A stretch of 64,000 nucleotides of DNA from Escherichia coli (GTDB lineage Bacteria > Pseudomonadota > Gammaproteobacteria > Enterobacterales > Enterobacteriaceae). The translations under genes and the position numbers were made by a program. Of the stretch, positions 8,383-19,372 are shown in pieces (the stretch's first letter is position 1; every line of letters begins with the position of its first letter). The stretch is from NCBI RefSeq assembly GCF_030384885.1, contig NZ_CP128613.1; one strand, given 5' to 3'. The notes under the pieces were generated by a model. The model was not told the DNA's origin. It was given only the letters and a program-made list of their open reading frames with translations, and did no database searches.

Positions 8383-10809
8383 TTATATTTTTTCGATCTC
8401 GACCAGATTAGTGTGCTGCGGGTTTCCCTTCGCCAGTGGTGAAGGGCGCAGAGTGGTTAGCGTATTCACACAGCCGCCGTGGTCGATTTTATCGCCAGAC
8501 ATATCGGCTTCGTGCCAGGCTCCCTGGCCCATAGCGCTGACTCCTGGCAGAATGCGTGGTGTCACTTTGGCCGGTAACCGAACTTCGCCGCGACGGTTAA
8601 ACACTCGCACCATATCGCCGTTGGCAATCCCGCGTTTCTGCGCATCCATAGGGTTGATCCACACTTCCTGACGGCAGGCTGCCTTCAGGACGTCAATGTT
8701 GCCGTAGGTCGAGTGAGTACGGGATTTGTAATGGAAACCAAACAGTTGTAGCGGGAAGGTACTACGTTCAGGGGCGTCCCAGCCTTCGAAGGTTGAGGCA
8801 TAAACCGGCAGTGGGCTTATCACTTCATCTTTTTCCAGTTCCCAGGTACGGGCAATTTCCGCCAGCTTGCTGGAATAAATTTCAATCTTACCGGAAGGCG
8901 TTTTAAGTGGATTTGCCTCGGGGTCGTCACGAAATGCTTTGTAGGCGACAAAATGACCATTGGGATCTTTACGCTTATAGATACCCATTTTTTTCAGTTC
9001 GTCGTAAGACGGTAACGCCGGATCTTTGGCAAGCATTTTGGCGTACAGATGTTGTAACCATTGTTCCTGGGTGCGACCTTCAGTGAACTTTTGATAGACG
9101 TCAGGTCCAAGACGTTTCGCGACTTCACTCAGGATCCAGTAAATCGGTTTGCGTTCGAATTTTTCGCTGGTGACTGGCTGGAGGAAAATGAGATATCCCA
9201 TGTTACCGGCGTAATCGTTAGGAATAATATCTTCCTGCTCAACGGTCATCAGGTCTGGCAGCAGAATGTCGGCATATTTTGCCGATGAGGTCATAAAGTT
9301 TTCGATGACCACAATCATTTCACATTTCGATTCGTCCTGCAGAATTTCATGCGTTTTGTTAATGTCAGAATGCTGATTAACCAGGGTATTTCCCGCGTAG
9401 TTCCAGATGAACTTAATGGGCACATCCAGTTTATCTTTGCCGCGGACGCCGTCGCGGATTGCCGTCATTTGCGGGCCATGATCGATAGCATCCGTCCAGC
9501 TGAAGCAGGAGATTGATGTTTTGACCGGATTATCCAGCACCGGCAGGCGTTCTATGGTAATGGTATAGGTGGATTCACGCGCGCCACTATTTCCGCCGCT
9601 GATGCCGACATTGCCCGTCAGAATAGGCAACATCGCAATAGCGCGTGCGGTCAGCTCACCGTTTGCCTGGCGTTGCGGTCCCCAACCCTGGCAGATATAA
9701 GCGGGTTTTGCTGTGCCGATTTCACGCGCCAGTTTGATGATACGGTCCACCGGGATACCGGTAATTTGCGAAGCCCACTGCGGCGTTTTTGCTGTTTTAT
9801 CGTCACCATCACCAAGAATATAGGCTTTATAGTGGCCATTTTTTGGTGCATCTGCGGGTAAGGTTTTTTCGTCATAACCGACGCAGTATTTATCGAGAAA
9901 AGGTTGATCAACGAGATTTTCGTTAATCAATACCCAGGCAATGCCCGCTACCAGCGCGGCATCAGTGCCCGGGCGAATAGGAATCCATTCGTCTTCACGA
10001 CCGGCAGCCGTGTCGGTATATCGCGGATCGATAACAATCATTTTTGCGTTCGATTTCTCGCGCGCTTTTTCAAGAAGATAAGTGATGCCACCACCGCTCA
10101 TGCGGGTTTCTGCCGGGTTGTTACCAAACATCACGACCAGCTTGCTGTTTTCAATATCCGTGGTGCTGTTGCCATCATTACTGCCGTAGGTGTAGGGCAT
10201 GGCACAGGAAATTTGCGCGGTGCTGTAGGAGCCATACTGATTGAGTGAACCGCCGTAGCAGTTCATCAGGCGTTTGACCGCCGAGGCTGATGGTGAAGAG
10301 CGGGTCATATTGCCGCCAACAATCCCCGAAGAGTACTGAATATATACAGCTTCATTGCCATATTGTTCGACAGTTTTTTTCAGGCTACTGGCGATAGTAT
10401 CCAGGGCTTCATCCCAGCTAATCCGTTCGAATTTGCCTTCGCCACGTTTGCCCACGCGTTTCATTGGGTAATTCAAGCGATCGGGATGATTAATACGTCG
10501 ACGGATGGACCGACCGCGCAAACAGGCGCGTACTTGATGATTGCCATACTCGTCGTTGCCGGTGTTGTCAGTTTCCACCCAAGTGACTTCATTATCTTTA
10601 ACATGTAGACGAAGTGCACAGCGGCTACCACAGTTGACGGAACAGGCACCCCAGACCACTTTTTCGCTGGCCTGTTGTACCGCTGCCGCTGCACTGCGCA
10701 GGGTGAACGGTAAAGAAAAACCGCCTGCAGCCAGCGCCAGAGAACCTATCGCGGTAGATTTAACGAGTGTTCTGCGGCTGATGCCCACCATTTGTTCATT
10801 TTTGGACAT
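8383..10809 (-). CDS. ynfE: Molybdopterin (DMSO-reductase family) catalytic subunit YnfE
   Basis: 808 aa with Tat signal SRRTLVKSTAIGSLALAA and motif CSVNCGSRC. First gene of the operon. Confidence 0.93.
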   Translation of the reverse strand: MSKNEQMVGISRRTLVKSTAIGSLALAAGGFSLPFTLRSAAAAVQQASEKVVWGACSVNCGSRCALRLHVKDNEVTWVETDNTGNDEYGNHQVRACLRGRSIRRRINHPDRLNYPMKRVGKRGEGKFERISWDEALDTIASSLKKTVEQYGNEAVYIQYSSGIVGGNMTRSSPSASAVKRLMNCYGGSLNQYGSYSTAQISCAMPYTYGSNDGNSTTDIENSKLVVMFGNNPAETRMSGGGITYLLEKAREKSNAKMIVIDPRYTDTAAGREDEWIPIRPGTDAALVAGIAWVLINENLVDQPFLDKYCVGYDEKTLPADAPKNGHYKAYILGDGDDKTAKTPQWASQITGIPVDRIIKLAREIGTAKPAYICQGWGPQRQANGELTARAIAMLPILTGNVGISGGNSGARESTYTITIERLPVLDNPVKTSISCFSWTDAIDHGPQMTAIRDGVRGKDKLDVPIKFIWNYAGNTLVNQHSDINKTHEILQDESKCEMIVVIENFMTSSAKYADILLPDLMTVEQEDIIPNDYAGNMGYLIFLQPVTSEKFERKPIYWILSEVAKRLGPDVYQKFTEGRTQEQWLQHLYAKMLAKDPALPSYDELKKMGIYKRKDPNGHFVAYKAFRDDPEANPLKTPSGKIEIYSSKLAEIARTWELEKDEVISPLPVYASTFEGWDAPERSTFPLQLFGFHYKSRTHSTYGNIDVLKAACRQEVWINPMDAQKRGIANGDMVRVFNRRGEVRLPAKVTPRILPGVSAMGQGAWHEADMSGDKIDHGGCVNTLTTLRPSPLAKGNPQHTNLVEIEKI

Positions 10810-10908
10810 AACTCACTCCCTGTTCTTTATCGTTATATAAATATTTATATAATGAATATTTAGCGCGCTAACAATAGAGGGAGTCTACCCATTTTGGGTT
10901 AAGAATTA

Positions 10909-10922
10909 TTAATCCATATCAA
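10909..10922. promoter_or_regulatory. Putative FNR box upstream of ynfE
   Basis: TTAAT-CCAT-ATCAA matches TTGAT-N4-ATCAA at 9/10 positions, about 100-113 nt upstream of the ynfE ATG. Confidence 0.45.
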
Positions 10923-11007
10923 TAGAAGGGTATGAGTAATAAGGTGGGATTATGTTGTATGTTCAAATCGCCGGATGTGTCGTATCCGGCGTTCAGTCGA
11001 TAATGTG

Positions 11008-11313
11008 TTACTGCGGTTCGGCAGGCGCGCCATCCTGAGTAGACTGCGCGGGGGCAGAGACGTTACCGCTGGTGGTGCGGGTGTAAAGAATTTTATGCGT
11101 ATCATTGGCGCAATGCCCGACGACCTGGGAATCAGGCTGATCAACCTGGTCATTGGGTACAATACTTAACGTGAAGCTGCTTTCAGGTACGCCATTATTG
11201 ATAATGCGCTGTGATATATCGCTCTGTATGCGCTCACAGGATCCCGGCGCGGCGAGTACCGTGGGTGAGGCGAGGGCGAGCAGAAGCGTGGCACAGCAGG
11301 TTGAGAGTTTCAT
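11008..11313 (-). CDS. ynfD: DUF1161 periplasmic protein YnfD
   Basis: 101 aa from MKLSTCCATLLLALASPTVLA|AP (signal peptide). The ORF-track start at 11355 is an extension. Confidence 0.85.
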   Translation of the reverse strand: MKLSTCCATLLLALASPTVLAAPGSCERIQSDISQRIINNGVPESSFTLSIVPNDQVDQPDSQVVGHCANDTHKILYTRTTSGNVSAPAQSTQDGAPAEPQ

Positions 11314-11420
11314 CATAAGCTCCTTACGCGAATATAACTTTTTTAAGCATAGCATTTAACGTGTAAAGTACTGTATTTGCTACTATGATTGAGAATCATC
11401 TCTACTGTCTGGTGACTGTT

Positions 11421-12131
11421 GTGAAATACAAATTACTACCATGCTTACTCGCGATATTACTCACAGGATGTGACCGCACAGAGGTAACACTTTCATTTAC
11501 CCCTGAGATGGCCAGTTTCTCTAATGAATTCGATTTTGATCCGCTGCGTGGTCCGGTAAAAGATTTCACTCAGACGTTAATGGATGAGCAAGGTGAAGTG
11601 ACGAAACGTGTTTCGGGGACTTTGTCGGAAGAAGGCTGTTTTGATTCACTCGAATTACTGGATCTGGAAAATAATACCGTGGTTGCCCTGGTACTGGACG
11701 CCAATTATTACCGTGATGCCCAGACACTGGAGAAAAGAGTTCGTTTGCAGGGAAAATGCCAGCTAGCAGAATTACCTTCTGCCGGGGTGAGTTGGGAAAC
11801 CGATGATAATGGCTTTGTGATTAAAGCCAGCAGCAAACAGATGCAGATGGAATATCGCTATGATGATCAGGGGTATCCGCTGGGTAAAACTACGAAAAGT
11901 AACGACAAAACATTATCTGTCAGCGCCACGCCATCAACGGATCCGATCAAAAAATTAGATTACACAGCGGTTACTTTACTGAATAATCAACGGGTTGGTA
12001 ATGTAAAACAGAGCTGTGAATATGACAGTCACGCCAATCCGGTAGACTGTCAGCTAATCATTGTTGATGAAGGAGTAAAACCCGCCGTCGAACGGGTTTA
12101 CACCATCAAAAATACTATCGATTATTATTAA
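11421..12131 (+). CDS. ynfC: Lipoprotein YnfC (UPF0257)
   Basis: 236 aa from GTG 11421, with lipobox LLTGC near the N-terminus. Confidence 0.85.
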   Translation: MKYKLLPCLLAILLTGCDRTEVTLSFTPEMASFSNEFDFDPLRGPVKDFTQTLMDEQGEVTKRVSGTLSEEGCFDSLELLDLENNTVVALVLDANYYRDAQTLEKRVRLQGKCQLAELPSAGVSWETDDNGFVIKASSKQMQMEYRYDDQGYPLGKTTKSNDKTLSVSATPSTDPIKKLDYTAVTLLNNQRVGNVKQSCEYDSHANPVDCQLIIVDEGVKPAVERVYTIKNTIDYY

Positions 12132-12133
12132 TG

Positions 12134-12694
12134 CTATTGTGCGGTCGGCTTCAGGAGAGTCTGACCCGGTGTTTTGTGCTCTGCCAGATACTGATGCTGG
12201 AATATGCACATGCGAATGGCATTCCGATATTGACCATTAATAAAGAACTCATGCATCAATTCACCTTCAACCGTAAAGCCAAGCTTGCGGTAAATGTGAA
12301 TCGCTTTTTCATTCTCTTTATCGACGATCAGATACAGCTTATAGAGATTGAGAACGGTGAAGCCATAGTCCATTGCTAATTTTGCAGCACGCGTTGCCAG
12401 ACCTTTCCCCTGATATTCCGGGGAGATAATTATCTGAAATTCTGCGCGGCGATGAACATGGTTAATTTCCACCAGCTCCACCAGACCGGCTTTTTCGCCG
12501 TCACATTCCACCACAAAGCGCCGTTCGCTCTGATCGTGAATATGCTTATCGTACAGATCAGAGAGTTCAACGAAGGCTTCGTAGGGTTCCTCAAACCAGT
12601 AACGCATCACACTGGCGTTATTGTCGAGTTGATGTACATAGCGTAAATCTTCACGCTCCAGCGGACGTAGCTTAACACTGTGGGCGCTTGGCAT
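12134..12694 (-). CDS. speG: Spermidine N1-acetyltransferase
   Basis: The 186-aa GNAT protein [26 protein letters not shown]... is recognised as SpeG. Confidence 0.95.
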   Translation of the reverse strand: MPSAHSVKLRPLEREDLRYVHQLDNNASVMRYWFEEPYEAFVELSDLYDKHIHDQSERRFVVECDGEKAGLVELVEINHVHRRAEFQIIISPEYQGKGLATRAAKLAMDYGFTVLNLYKLYLIVDKENEKAIHIYRKLGFTVEGELMHEFFINGQYRNAIRMCIFQHQYLAEHKTPGQTLLKPTAQ

Positions 12695-12728
12695 AACGTG
12701 TCCTTACATTCCTTAAATCAATAACAGG

Positions 12729-13070
12729 TTAGGGGGTAATAACGCGGCCAGTTCGACGGTCCAGGCAGCGCAATGTATTTGGCTCCCAGTAGGCATTGAT
12801 GTTGGCACTTTGCTCGCATTTATCGCGGTTATCAAAAGCGGCGTCGGCTTTATCCCACTCTTTTTCAGTGCGTTTATTCACTTTCTGTCGCAGATTGCGC
12901 GTGTCATTCCATTGTTCTTTTTCCATTGCAGCGTGCTGGCGGCTTTGTGCACTGTCGCCAGACTCAATCACCAGTTTGTTAGTTTCGGCATGGGCCGTTG
13001 TGCTCAATGCCAGTGCGCAAGGCAGCAGAAAAGCGAGCAGGCCGATTCGTTTGCTGAGAGTGATTTTCAT
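12729..13070 (-). CDS. ynfB: Secreted UPF0482 protein YnfB
   Basis: 113 aa with signal peptide [28 protein letters not shown]. Confidence 0.88.
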   Translation of the reverse strand: MKITLSKRIGLLAFLLPCALALSTTAHAETNKLVIESGDSAQSRQHAAMEKEQWNDTRNLRQKVNKRTEKEWDKADAAFDNRDKCEQSANINAYWEPNTLRCLDRRTGRVITP

Positions 13071-13204
13071 AATTCATTCCTTGTGTGAATGATTAAAGGC
13101 GATTCTACACCATCCACTGCGAACGCAAAACGCACCGGGAGGATGTTTATATTGATGATATTATGTCGCCCTATAACTATACATGATGTCAATAAGTGAC
13201 AAAG

Positions 13205-13531
13205 ATGATTAAAACAACGTTACTGTTTTTTGCTACTGCGCTGTGTGAAATTATTGGATGCTTTCTGCCCTGGTTGTGGTTAAAACGAAACGCCAGTATC
13301 TGGCTGTTGCTTCCGGCGGGGATTTCTCTGGCACTGTTTGTCTGGTTGTTAACGTTGCATCCTGCGGCGAGTGGGCGTGTTTACGCGGCTTATGGTGGCG
13401 TTTATGTCTGCACGGCGTTGATTTGGCTGCGCGTTGTGGATGGCGTGAAACTGAGTCTTTATGACTGGACGGGGGCGTTGATTGCGCTTTGCGGCATGTT
13501 GATCATTGTTGCGGGCTGGGGGCGCGCGTAA
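13205..13531 (+). CDS. ynfA: UPF0060 four-helix inner-membrane protein YnfA
   Basis: 108 aa from [23 protein letters not shown]... Confidence 0.88.
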
Positions 13532-13736
13532 GGACATAAATCCATTTTATCAATAAGATACAAGGAAGTGTCAGCTGACAAAAGGTATTCTATTTCATCT
13601 TTTGTCAACCATTCACGGCGCAAATATACGCCTTTTTTTGTGATCACTCCGGCTTTTTTCGATCTTCATACTTGTATGGTAGTAGCTCAGTTGCGTAGAT
13701 TTCATGCATCACGACAAGCGATGCAAGGAATCGAAC

Positions 13737-14951
13737 ATGAAGATCGTAAAGGCTGAAGTTTTTGTTACCTGTCCGGGGCGTAATTTCGTCACATTAAAAA
13801 TCATCACTGAGGACGGTATTACGGGCCTTGGGGATGCCACCCTCAATGGACGTGAGCTTTCCGTGGCCTCTTATTTGCAGGATCACCTTTGTCCGCAGCT
13901 TATTGGTCGCGATGCACAGCGTATCGAAGATATCTGGCAGTTTTTCTATAAAGGTGCTTACTGGCGTCGCGGTCCGGTGACGATGTCGGCCATTTCAGCG
14001 GTTGATATGGCGCTGTGGGATATTAAAGCCAAAGCTGCCAACATGCCGCTTTACCAGTTACTCGGCGGCGCGTCTCGTGAAGGGGTGATGGTTTATTGCC
14101 ATACCACCGGTCACAGTATTGATGAAGCTCTGGATGATTATGCCCGTCATCAGGAGCTGGGATTCAAAGCCATCCGCGTGCAGTGCGGAATCCCTGGTAT
14201 GAAAACCACCTACGGCATGTCGAAAGGCAAAGGTCTGGCTTATGAACCCGCAACCAAAGGACAGTGGCCGGAAGAGCAGCTGTGGTCGACGGAAAAATAC
14301 CTCGATTTCATGCCGAAATTGTTTGACGCGGTACGTAACAAGTTTGGTTTTAATGAACATTTGCTGCATGACATGCACCATCGCTTAACGCCTATTGAAG
14401 CAGCACGCTTTGGTAAAAGCATTGAAGATTATCGCATGTTCTGGATGGAAGACCCGACGCCTGCGGAAAACCAGGAATGCTTCCGCCTGATTCGCCAACA
14501 CACCGTCACGCCAATTGCAGTGGGTGAAGTCTTCAACAGCATTTGGGACTGCAAACAGCTGATTGAAGAACAACTTATCGACTATATCCGCACCACGCTG
14601 ACTCACGCGGGGGGGATTACCGGTATGCGCCGGATTGCCGATTTTGCTTCGCTGTATCAGGTACGTACTGGCTCACACGGTCCTTCCGATTTGTCGCCAG
14701 TCTGCATGGCTGCGGCGCTGCACTTTGATCTGTGGGTCCCCAATTTCGGTGTCCAGGAATACATGGGTTATTCCGAACAAATGCTTGAAGTCTTCCCGCA
14801 CAACTGGACTTTCGATAACGGCTATATGCATCCGGGCGATAAACCAGGTCTTGGCATCGAATTCGATGAAAAGCTGGCGGCGAAATATCCCTATGAACCT
14901 GCTTATCTGCCAGTCGCACGTCTGGAAGATGGCACGCTGTGGAACTGGTAA
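13737..14951 (+). CDS. rspA: Enolase-superfamily starvation-sensing protein RspA (mannonate-dehydratase-like)
   Basis: 404 aa from [22 protein letters not shown]..., recognised as RspA. Confidence 0.93.
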   Translation: MKIVKAEVFVTCPGRNFVTLKIITEDGITGLGDATLNGRELSVASYLQDHLCPQLIGRDAQRIEDIWQFFYKGAYWRRGPVTMSAISAVDMALWDIKAKAANMPLYQLLGGASREGVMVYCHTTGHSIDEALDDYARHQELGFKAIRVQCGIPGMKTTYGMSKGKGLAYEPATKGQWPEEQLWSTEKYLDFMPKLFDAVRNKFGFNEHLLHDMHHRLTPIEAARFGKSIEDYRMFWMEDPTPAENQECFRLIRQHTVTPIAVGEVFNSIWDCKQLIEEQLIDYIRTTLTHAGGITGMRRIADFASLYQVRTGSHGPSDLSPVCMAAALHFDLWVPNFGVQEYMGYSEQMLEVFPHNWTFDNGYMHPGDKPGLGIEFDEKLAAKYPYEPAYLPVARLEDGTLWNW

Positions 14952-14962
14952 GGAGTAAGATA

Positions 14963-15982
14963 ATGAAAAGCATTTTAATTGAAAAACCGAATCAACTGGC
15001 AATTATCGAACGCGAAATACCCACCCCGTCAGCGGGTGAAGTACGAGTAAAAGTGAAACTTGCCGGAATTTGTGGTTCAGATAGCCATATTTATCGTGGG
15101 CATAATCCTTTTGCGAAATATCCGCGCGTCATTGGACATGAATTCTTTGGCGTCATTGATGCAGTGGGTGAAGGCGTGGAAAGCGACAGAGTCGGTGAAC
15201 GCGTTGCTGTCGATCCGGTGGTCAGCTGTGGGCATTGCTATCCGTGCTCTATAGGTAAGCCGAACGTTTGTACGACACTGGCTGTATTAGGTGTGCACGC
15301 TGACGGTGGTTTCAGTGAATATGCCGTGGTGCCGGCAAAAAATGCGTGGAAAATTCCTGAAGCAGTGGCCGATCAATATGCGGTGATGATCGAACCTTTT
15401 ACCATTGCGGCTAACGTTACCGGTCATGGTCAACCGACTGAAAATGATACCGTTCTGGTTTACGGTGCAGGTCCAATCGGCCTGACGATCGTTCAGGTAT
15501 TAAAAGGCGTCTATAACGTTAAGAATGTGATTGTTGCCGATCGCATTGATGAACGACTGGAAAAAGCGAAAGAGAGCGGGGCAGACTGGGCGATTAATAA
15601 CAGCCAGACACCGCTTGGCGAGATTTTCGCTGAAAAAGGCATAAAGCCGACATTAATTATCGATGCGGCTTGTCATCCTTCAATCCTGAAAGAAGCCGTA
15701 ACGCTGGCTTCTCCAGCGGCACGTATTGTATTGATGGGCTTCTCCAGTGAACCGTCTGAAGTGATTCAGCAAGGAATTACCGGAAAAGAACTCTCTATTT
15801 TCTCTTCACGCTTAAATGCAAATAAATTCCCGGTCGTTATCGACTGGTTAAGTAAAGGGTTAATTAAACCAGAAAAACTAATTACCCATACGTTTGATTT
15901 CCAGCATGTTGCTGATGCCATTAGTTTATTTGAACAGGATCAAAAGCATTGCTGCAAAGTCTTACTCACTTTTTCTGAATAA
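14963..15982 (+). CDS. rspB: Zn-dependent alcohol-dehydrogenase-family protein RspB
   Basis: 339 aa from MKSILIEKPNQLAI..., with motifs GICGSDSH, GHEFFG and GAGPIG. Confidence 0.93.
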   Translation: MKSILIEKPNQLAIIEREIPTPSAGEVRVKVKLAGICGSDSHIYRGHNPFAKYPRVIGHEFFGVIDAVGEGVESDRVGERVAVDPVVSCGHCYPCSIGKPNVCTTLAVLGVHADGGFSEYAVVPAKNAWKIPEAVADQYAVMIEPFTIAANVTGHGQPTENDTVLVYGAGPIGLTIVQVLKGVYNVKNVIVADRIDERLEKAKESGADWAINNSQTPLGEIFAEKGIKPTLIIDAACHPSILKEAVTLASPAARIVLMGFSSEPSEVIQQGITGKELSIFSSRLNANKFPVVIDWLSKGLIKPEKLITHTFDFQHVADAISLFEQDQKHCCKVLLTFSE

Positions 15983-16039
15983 TACCAATAACGGCGAGTA
16001 AGTAGTACGCATCTTACCTCTTTTTTAGAGATAACCATT

Positions 16040-17407
16040 ATGACAATAGAAAAACACGAAAGAAGCACTAAGGATTTGGTGAAAGCAGCAGTATCGGGAT
16101 GGCTGGGCACTGCGCTTGAATTCATGGATTTCCAGTTATATTCGCTCGGCGCAGCGTTAGTGTTTCATGAAATATTTTTTCCTGAATCATCAACGGCAAT
16201 GGCGTTAATTCTGGCAATGGGAACCTACGGTGCAGGTTATGTGGCGCGTATTGTCGGAGCATTTATTTTCGGCAAAATGGGCGACAGAATCGGGCGTAAA
16301 AAAGTGCTCTTTATTACCATCACTATGATGGGGATCTGTACCACCTTAATTGGTGTGCTGCCGACCTATGCACAAATTGGTGTGTTTGCGCCAATTTTGC
16401 TGGTGACGCTGCGTATTATTCAGGGGCTGGGGGCAGGCGCGGAAATTTCCGGTGCCGGTACGATGCTGGCGGAATATGCGCCAAAAGGTAAGCGCGGAAT
16501 TATCTCCTCATTTGTTGCTATGGGGACTAACTGCGGAACCTTGAGCGCAACGGCAATCTGGGCCTTTATGTTCTTCATTCTCAGTAAAGAGGAACTGTTG
16601 GCGTGGGGATGGCGTATACCGTTCCTGGCGAGCGTTGTCGTGATGGTCTTTGCTATCTGGTTGCGTATGAATCTGAAAGAAAGCCCGGTCTTTGAGAAGG
16701 TTAACGACAGCAACCAACCGACAGCAAAACCTGCACCTGCTGGTAGCATGTTCCAGAGCAAATCCTTCTGGCTGGCAACAGGGCTGCGTTTTGGTCAGGC
16801 TGGTAACTCAGGTTTAATTCAGACTTTCCTTGCAGGCTATTTAGTGCAGACGTTATTGTTTAACAAAGCAATTCCAACAGATGCATTGATGATCAGTTCG
16901 ATTCTCGGCTTTATGACCATTCCGTTCCTTGGTTGGTTATCCGATAAAATTGGTCGCCGGATCCCGTATATTATTATGAATACCTCTGCGATTGTGCTGG
17001 CGTGGCCAATGCTTTCTATCATCGTAGATAAAAGCTATGCCCCGAGCACCATTATGGTTGCACTGATTGTGATTCATAACTGTGCGGTGCTGGGATTATT
17101 TGCTCTGGAAAACATTACCATGGCAGAAATGTTCGGCTGTAAAAATCGCTTTACCCGGATGGCCATTTCTAAAGAAATTGGTGGTCTTATCGCTTCCGGT
17201 TTTGGTCCTATCCTGGCGGGTATTTTCTGCACCATGACGGAATCCTGGTATCCGATCGCCATTATGATCATGGCATATTCAGTGATTGGTTTAATCTCTG
17301 CGCTGAAAATGCCAGAAGTGAAAGACCGTGATTTAAGTGCACTGGAAGATGCCGCGGAAGATCAACCGCGTGTTGTAACAGCTGCGCAACCTTCAAGAAG
17401 TCTGTAA
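16040..17407 (+). CDS. ydfJ: MFS metabolite:H+ symporter YdfJ, intact
   Basis: The 455-aa polytopic MFS protein lies directly after rspB. In K-12 this junction is interrupted by the Qin prophage. Confidence 0.88.
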   Translation: MTIEKHERSTKDLVKAAVSGWLGTALEFMDFQLYSLGAALVFHEIFFPESSTAMALILAMGTYGAGYVARIVGAFIFGKMGDRIGRKKVLFITITMMGICTTLIGVLPTYAQIGVFAPILLVTLRIIQGLGAGAEISGAGTMLAEYAPKGKRGIISSFVAMGTNCGTLSATAIWAFMFFILSKEELLAWGWRIPFLASVVVMVFAIWLRMNLKESPVFEKVNDSNQPTAKPAPAGSMFQSKSFWLATGLRFGQAGNSGLIQTFLAGYLVQTLLFNKAIPTDALMISSILGFMTIPFLGWLSDKIGRRIPYIIMNTSAIVLAWPMLSIIVDKSYAPSTIMVALIVIHNCAVLGLFALENITMAEMFGCKNRFTRMAISKEIGGLIASGFGPILAGIFCTMTESWYPIAIMIMAYSVIGLISALKMPEVKDRDLSALEDAAEDQPRVVTAAQPSRSL

Positions 17408-17414
17408 ATCCTCC

Positions 17415-17446
17415 ATCCCTTCTCTTACCGGAGAGGGGATTTTTTA
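17415..17446 (+). terminator. Intrinsic terminator after ydfJ
   Basis: Stem 17415-17424 / 17431-17440 (ATCCCTTCTC...GAGAGGGGAT, one G-U pair) followed by TTTTT. Confidence 0.75.
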
Positions 17447-17496
17447 TTCATATAACAAAACATGCAGCTTGCCATATTTAAATTTAAGGAATTGTT

Positions 17497-18957
17497 ATGG
17501 GAAATAATTTGTTATCAGCAAAAGCGACGCTCCCTGTTTATGATCGTAATAACCTGGCCCCAAGAATTGTTCATTTAGGCTTTGGTGCATTTCACCGTGC
17601 GCATCAGGGCGTGTATGCCGATATTCTTGCTTCGGAACATTACAGTGACTGGGGATATTATGAGGTCAACTTAATCGGCGGCGAACAGCAAATTGCCGAT
17701 TTACAACAGCAAGATAATCTTTATACCGTTGCGGAAATGTCGGCCGATGCGTGGACGGCTCGCGTCGTTGGCGTCGTTAAAAAAGCCTTGCACATACAAA
17801 TAGATGGCTTAGAAACCGTGCTGGCTGCGATGTGTGAACCGCAAATCGCGATTGTCTCTCTGACAATCACCGAAAAAGGGTATTTCCACTCTCCGGCGAC
17901 CGGACAGTTAATGCTCGATCACCCGATGGTCGTTGCCGACGTGCAAAATCCCCACCAGCCGAAAACTGCAACAGGGGTGATTGTTGAGGCGCTGGCTCGC
18001 CGTAAAGCGGCAGGACTTCCCGCATTTACCGTCATGTCATGTGACAACATGCCAGAAAACGGTCATGTTATGCGTGACGTTGTCACTTCCTACGCGCAAG
18101 CTGTTGATGTAAAACTGGCACAATGGATCGAAGAAAACGTGACTTTCCCATCAACAATGGTGGACCGTATTGTGCCCGCAGTGACAGAGGATACGCTGGC
18201 GAAAATCGAACAACTTACCGGTGTGCGCGATCCTGCTGGCGTTGCCTGTGAACCTTTCCGCCAGTGGGTAATAGAAGATAACTTTGTTGCCGGACGTCCG
18301 GAATGGGAAAAAGCGGGAGCCGAACTGGTTAGTGATGTGCTGCCTTATGAAGAGATGAAGTTGCGCATGCTCAACGGCAGTCATTCATTCCTGGCGTATC
18401 TGGGTTATCTTGCCGGATATCAGCACATTAATGACTGCATGGAAGATGAAAATTATCGCCGTGCGGCACATGCCTTGATGTTGCAGGAACAGGCGCCGAC
18501 GCTGAAAGTGCAGGGCGTGGATCTGCAAAATTATGCGGATCGACTAATTGAACGCTACAGTAATCCAGCGTTACGCCATCGAACCTGGCAGATTGCGATG
18601 GATGGCAGCCAGAAATTGCCACAGCGGATGTTGGATTCTGTTCGCTGGCATCTGGCGCATGACAGCAAGTTCGATCTGCTGGCGCTGGGCGTCGCGGGTT
18701 GGATGCGTTATGTCGGTGGTGTTGATGAACAGGGAAATCCGATAGAAATCAGTGACCCACTGTTACCTGTTATTCAGAAGGCAGTACAAAGTAGTGCTGA
18801 AGGGACAGCGCGCGTCCAGTCATTGCTGGCAATTAAGGCGATCTTTGGTGATGATTTACCAGGCAATAGTTTGTTTACGACAAAAGTAACGGAAGCGTAC
18901 TTGTCTTTATTAGCGCATGGCGCGAAAGCGACCGTGGCGAAATATTCCGTGAAGTAA
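17497..18957 (+). CDS. ydfI: Mannitol-dehydrogenase-family oxidoreductase YdfI (UxuB paralogue)
   Basis: 486 aa with N-terminal [14 protein letters not shown] dinucleotide-binding motif. Confidence 0.9.
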   Translation: MGNNLLSAKATLPVYDRNNLAPRIVHLGFGAFHRAHQGVYADILASEHYSDWGYYEVNLIGGEQQIADLQQQDNLYTVAEMSADAWTARVVGVVKKALHIQIDGLETVLAAMCEPQIAIVSLTITEKGYFHSPATGQLMLDHPMVVADVQNPHQPKTATGVIVEALARRKAAGLPAFTVMSCDNMPENGHVMRDVVTSYAQAVDVKLAQWIEENVTFPSTMVDRIVPAVTEDTLAKIEQLTGVRDPAGVACEPFRQWVIEDNFVAGRPEWEKAGAELVSDVLPYEEMKLRMLNGSHSFLAYLGYLAGYQHINDCMEDENYRRAAHALMLQEQAPTLKVQGVDLQNYADRLIERYSNPALRHRTWQIAMDGSQKLPQRMLDSVRWHLAHDSKFDLLALGVAGWMRYVGGVDEQGNPIEISDPLLPVIQKAVQSSAEGTARVQSLLAIKAIFGDDLPGNSLFTTKVTEAYLSLLAHGAKATVAKYSVK

Positions 18958-18985
18958 AAAAAGCAATGCCGCCATCGGCGGCATT
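18955..18985 (-). terminator. Intrinsic terminator of ydfZ (may also stop ydfI)
   Basis: Perfect 9-bp stem AATGCCGCC/GGCGGCATT with a 3-nt loop. On the minus strand it is followed by GC then TTTTTTT (plus-strand A-run 18956-18962). Confidence 0.8.
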
Positions 18986-18992
18986 CACACGC

Positions 18993-19196
18993 TTAGTTCA
19001 TGCCGAGACGAATCAGGTCCAGAGGTGCCAGTTTCTCTTCACAACCTTCAACAACGACGGTTTTTCCGCGGCGGATTTGCTCAGCGGTCAGACCTTCAGT
19101 ATCAATCGACAGGATTTTGCCAGTGTGACCGGTGCCGCTAACCATAACACGGCTGCCAGTGGTGATTGCGTTACGGTTACGATCGTAGGTCGTCAT
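18993..19196 (-). CDS. ydfZ: Small putative selenium-binding protein YdfZ
   Basis: The 67-aa sequence [30 protein letters not shown]... is recognised as YdfZ. Confidence 0.9.
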
Positions 19197-19277
19197 AGGT
19201 GTTTTCTCCTTTCTGATTTACAGTCGAAGCCCACGTAACGGGCGCAATATAAATACTCCTGTCGAGTGAAATATTTT

Positions 19278-19291
19278 TTGTTTTTGATCAA
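19278..19291. promoter_or_regulatory. Putative FNR box of the ydfZ promoter
   Basis: TTGTT-TTTG-ATCAA matches the FNR consensus at 9/10 positions. Its centre is about 88 nt upstream of the ydfZ ATG. Confidence 0.5.
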
Positions 19292-19372
19292 GCTCACATC
19301 TTTTTTGATGCATGCATGAGCCATATGACGGAGGGAAAAACTCTCACCCCGGATGGGATGAGAGGAAATGAA

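Noticed and set aside
8093-8671. 192-aa plus-strand ORF spanning the ynfF/ynfE junction
   Set aside because: It is antisense to the 5' end of ynfF and the 3' end of ynfE, with low-complexity translation. Shadow ORF.
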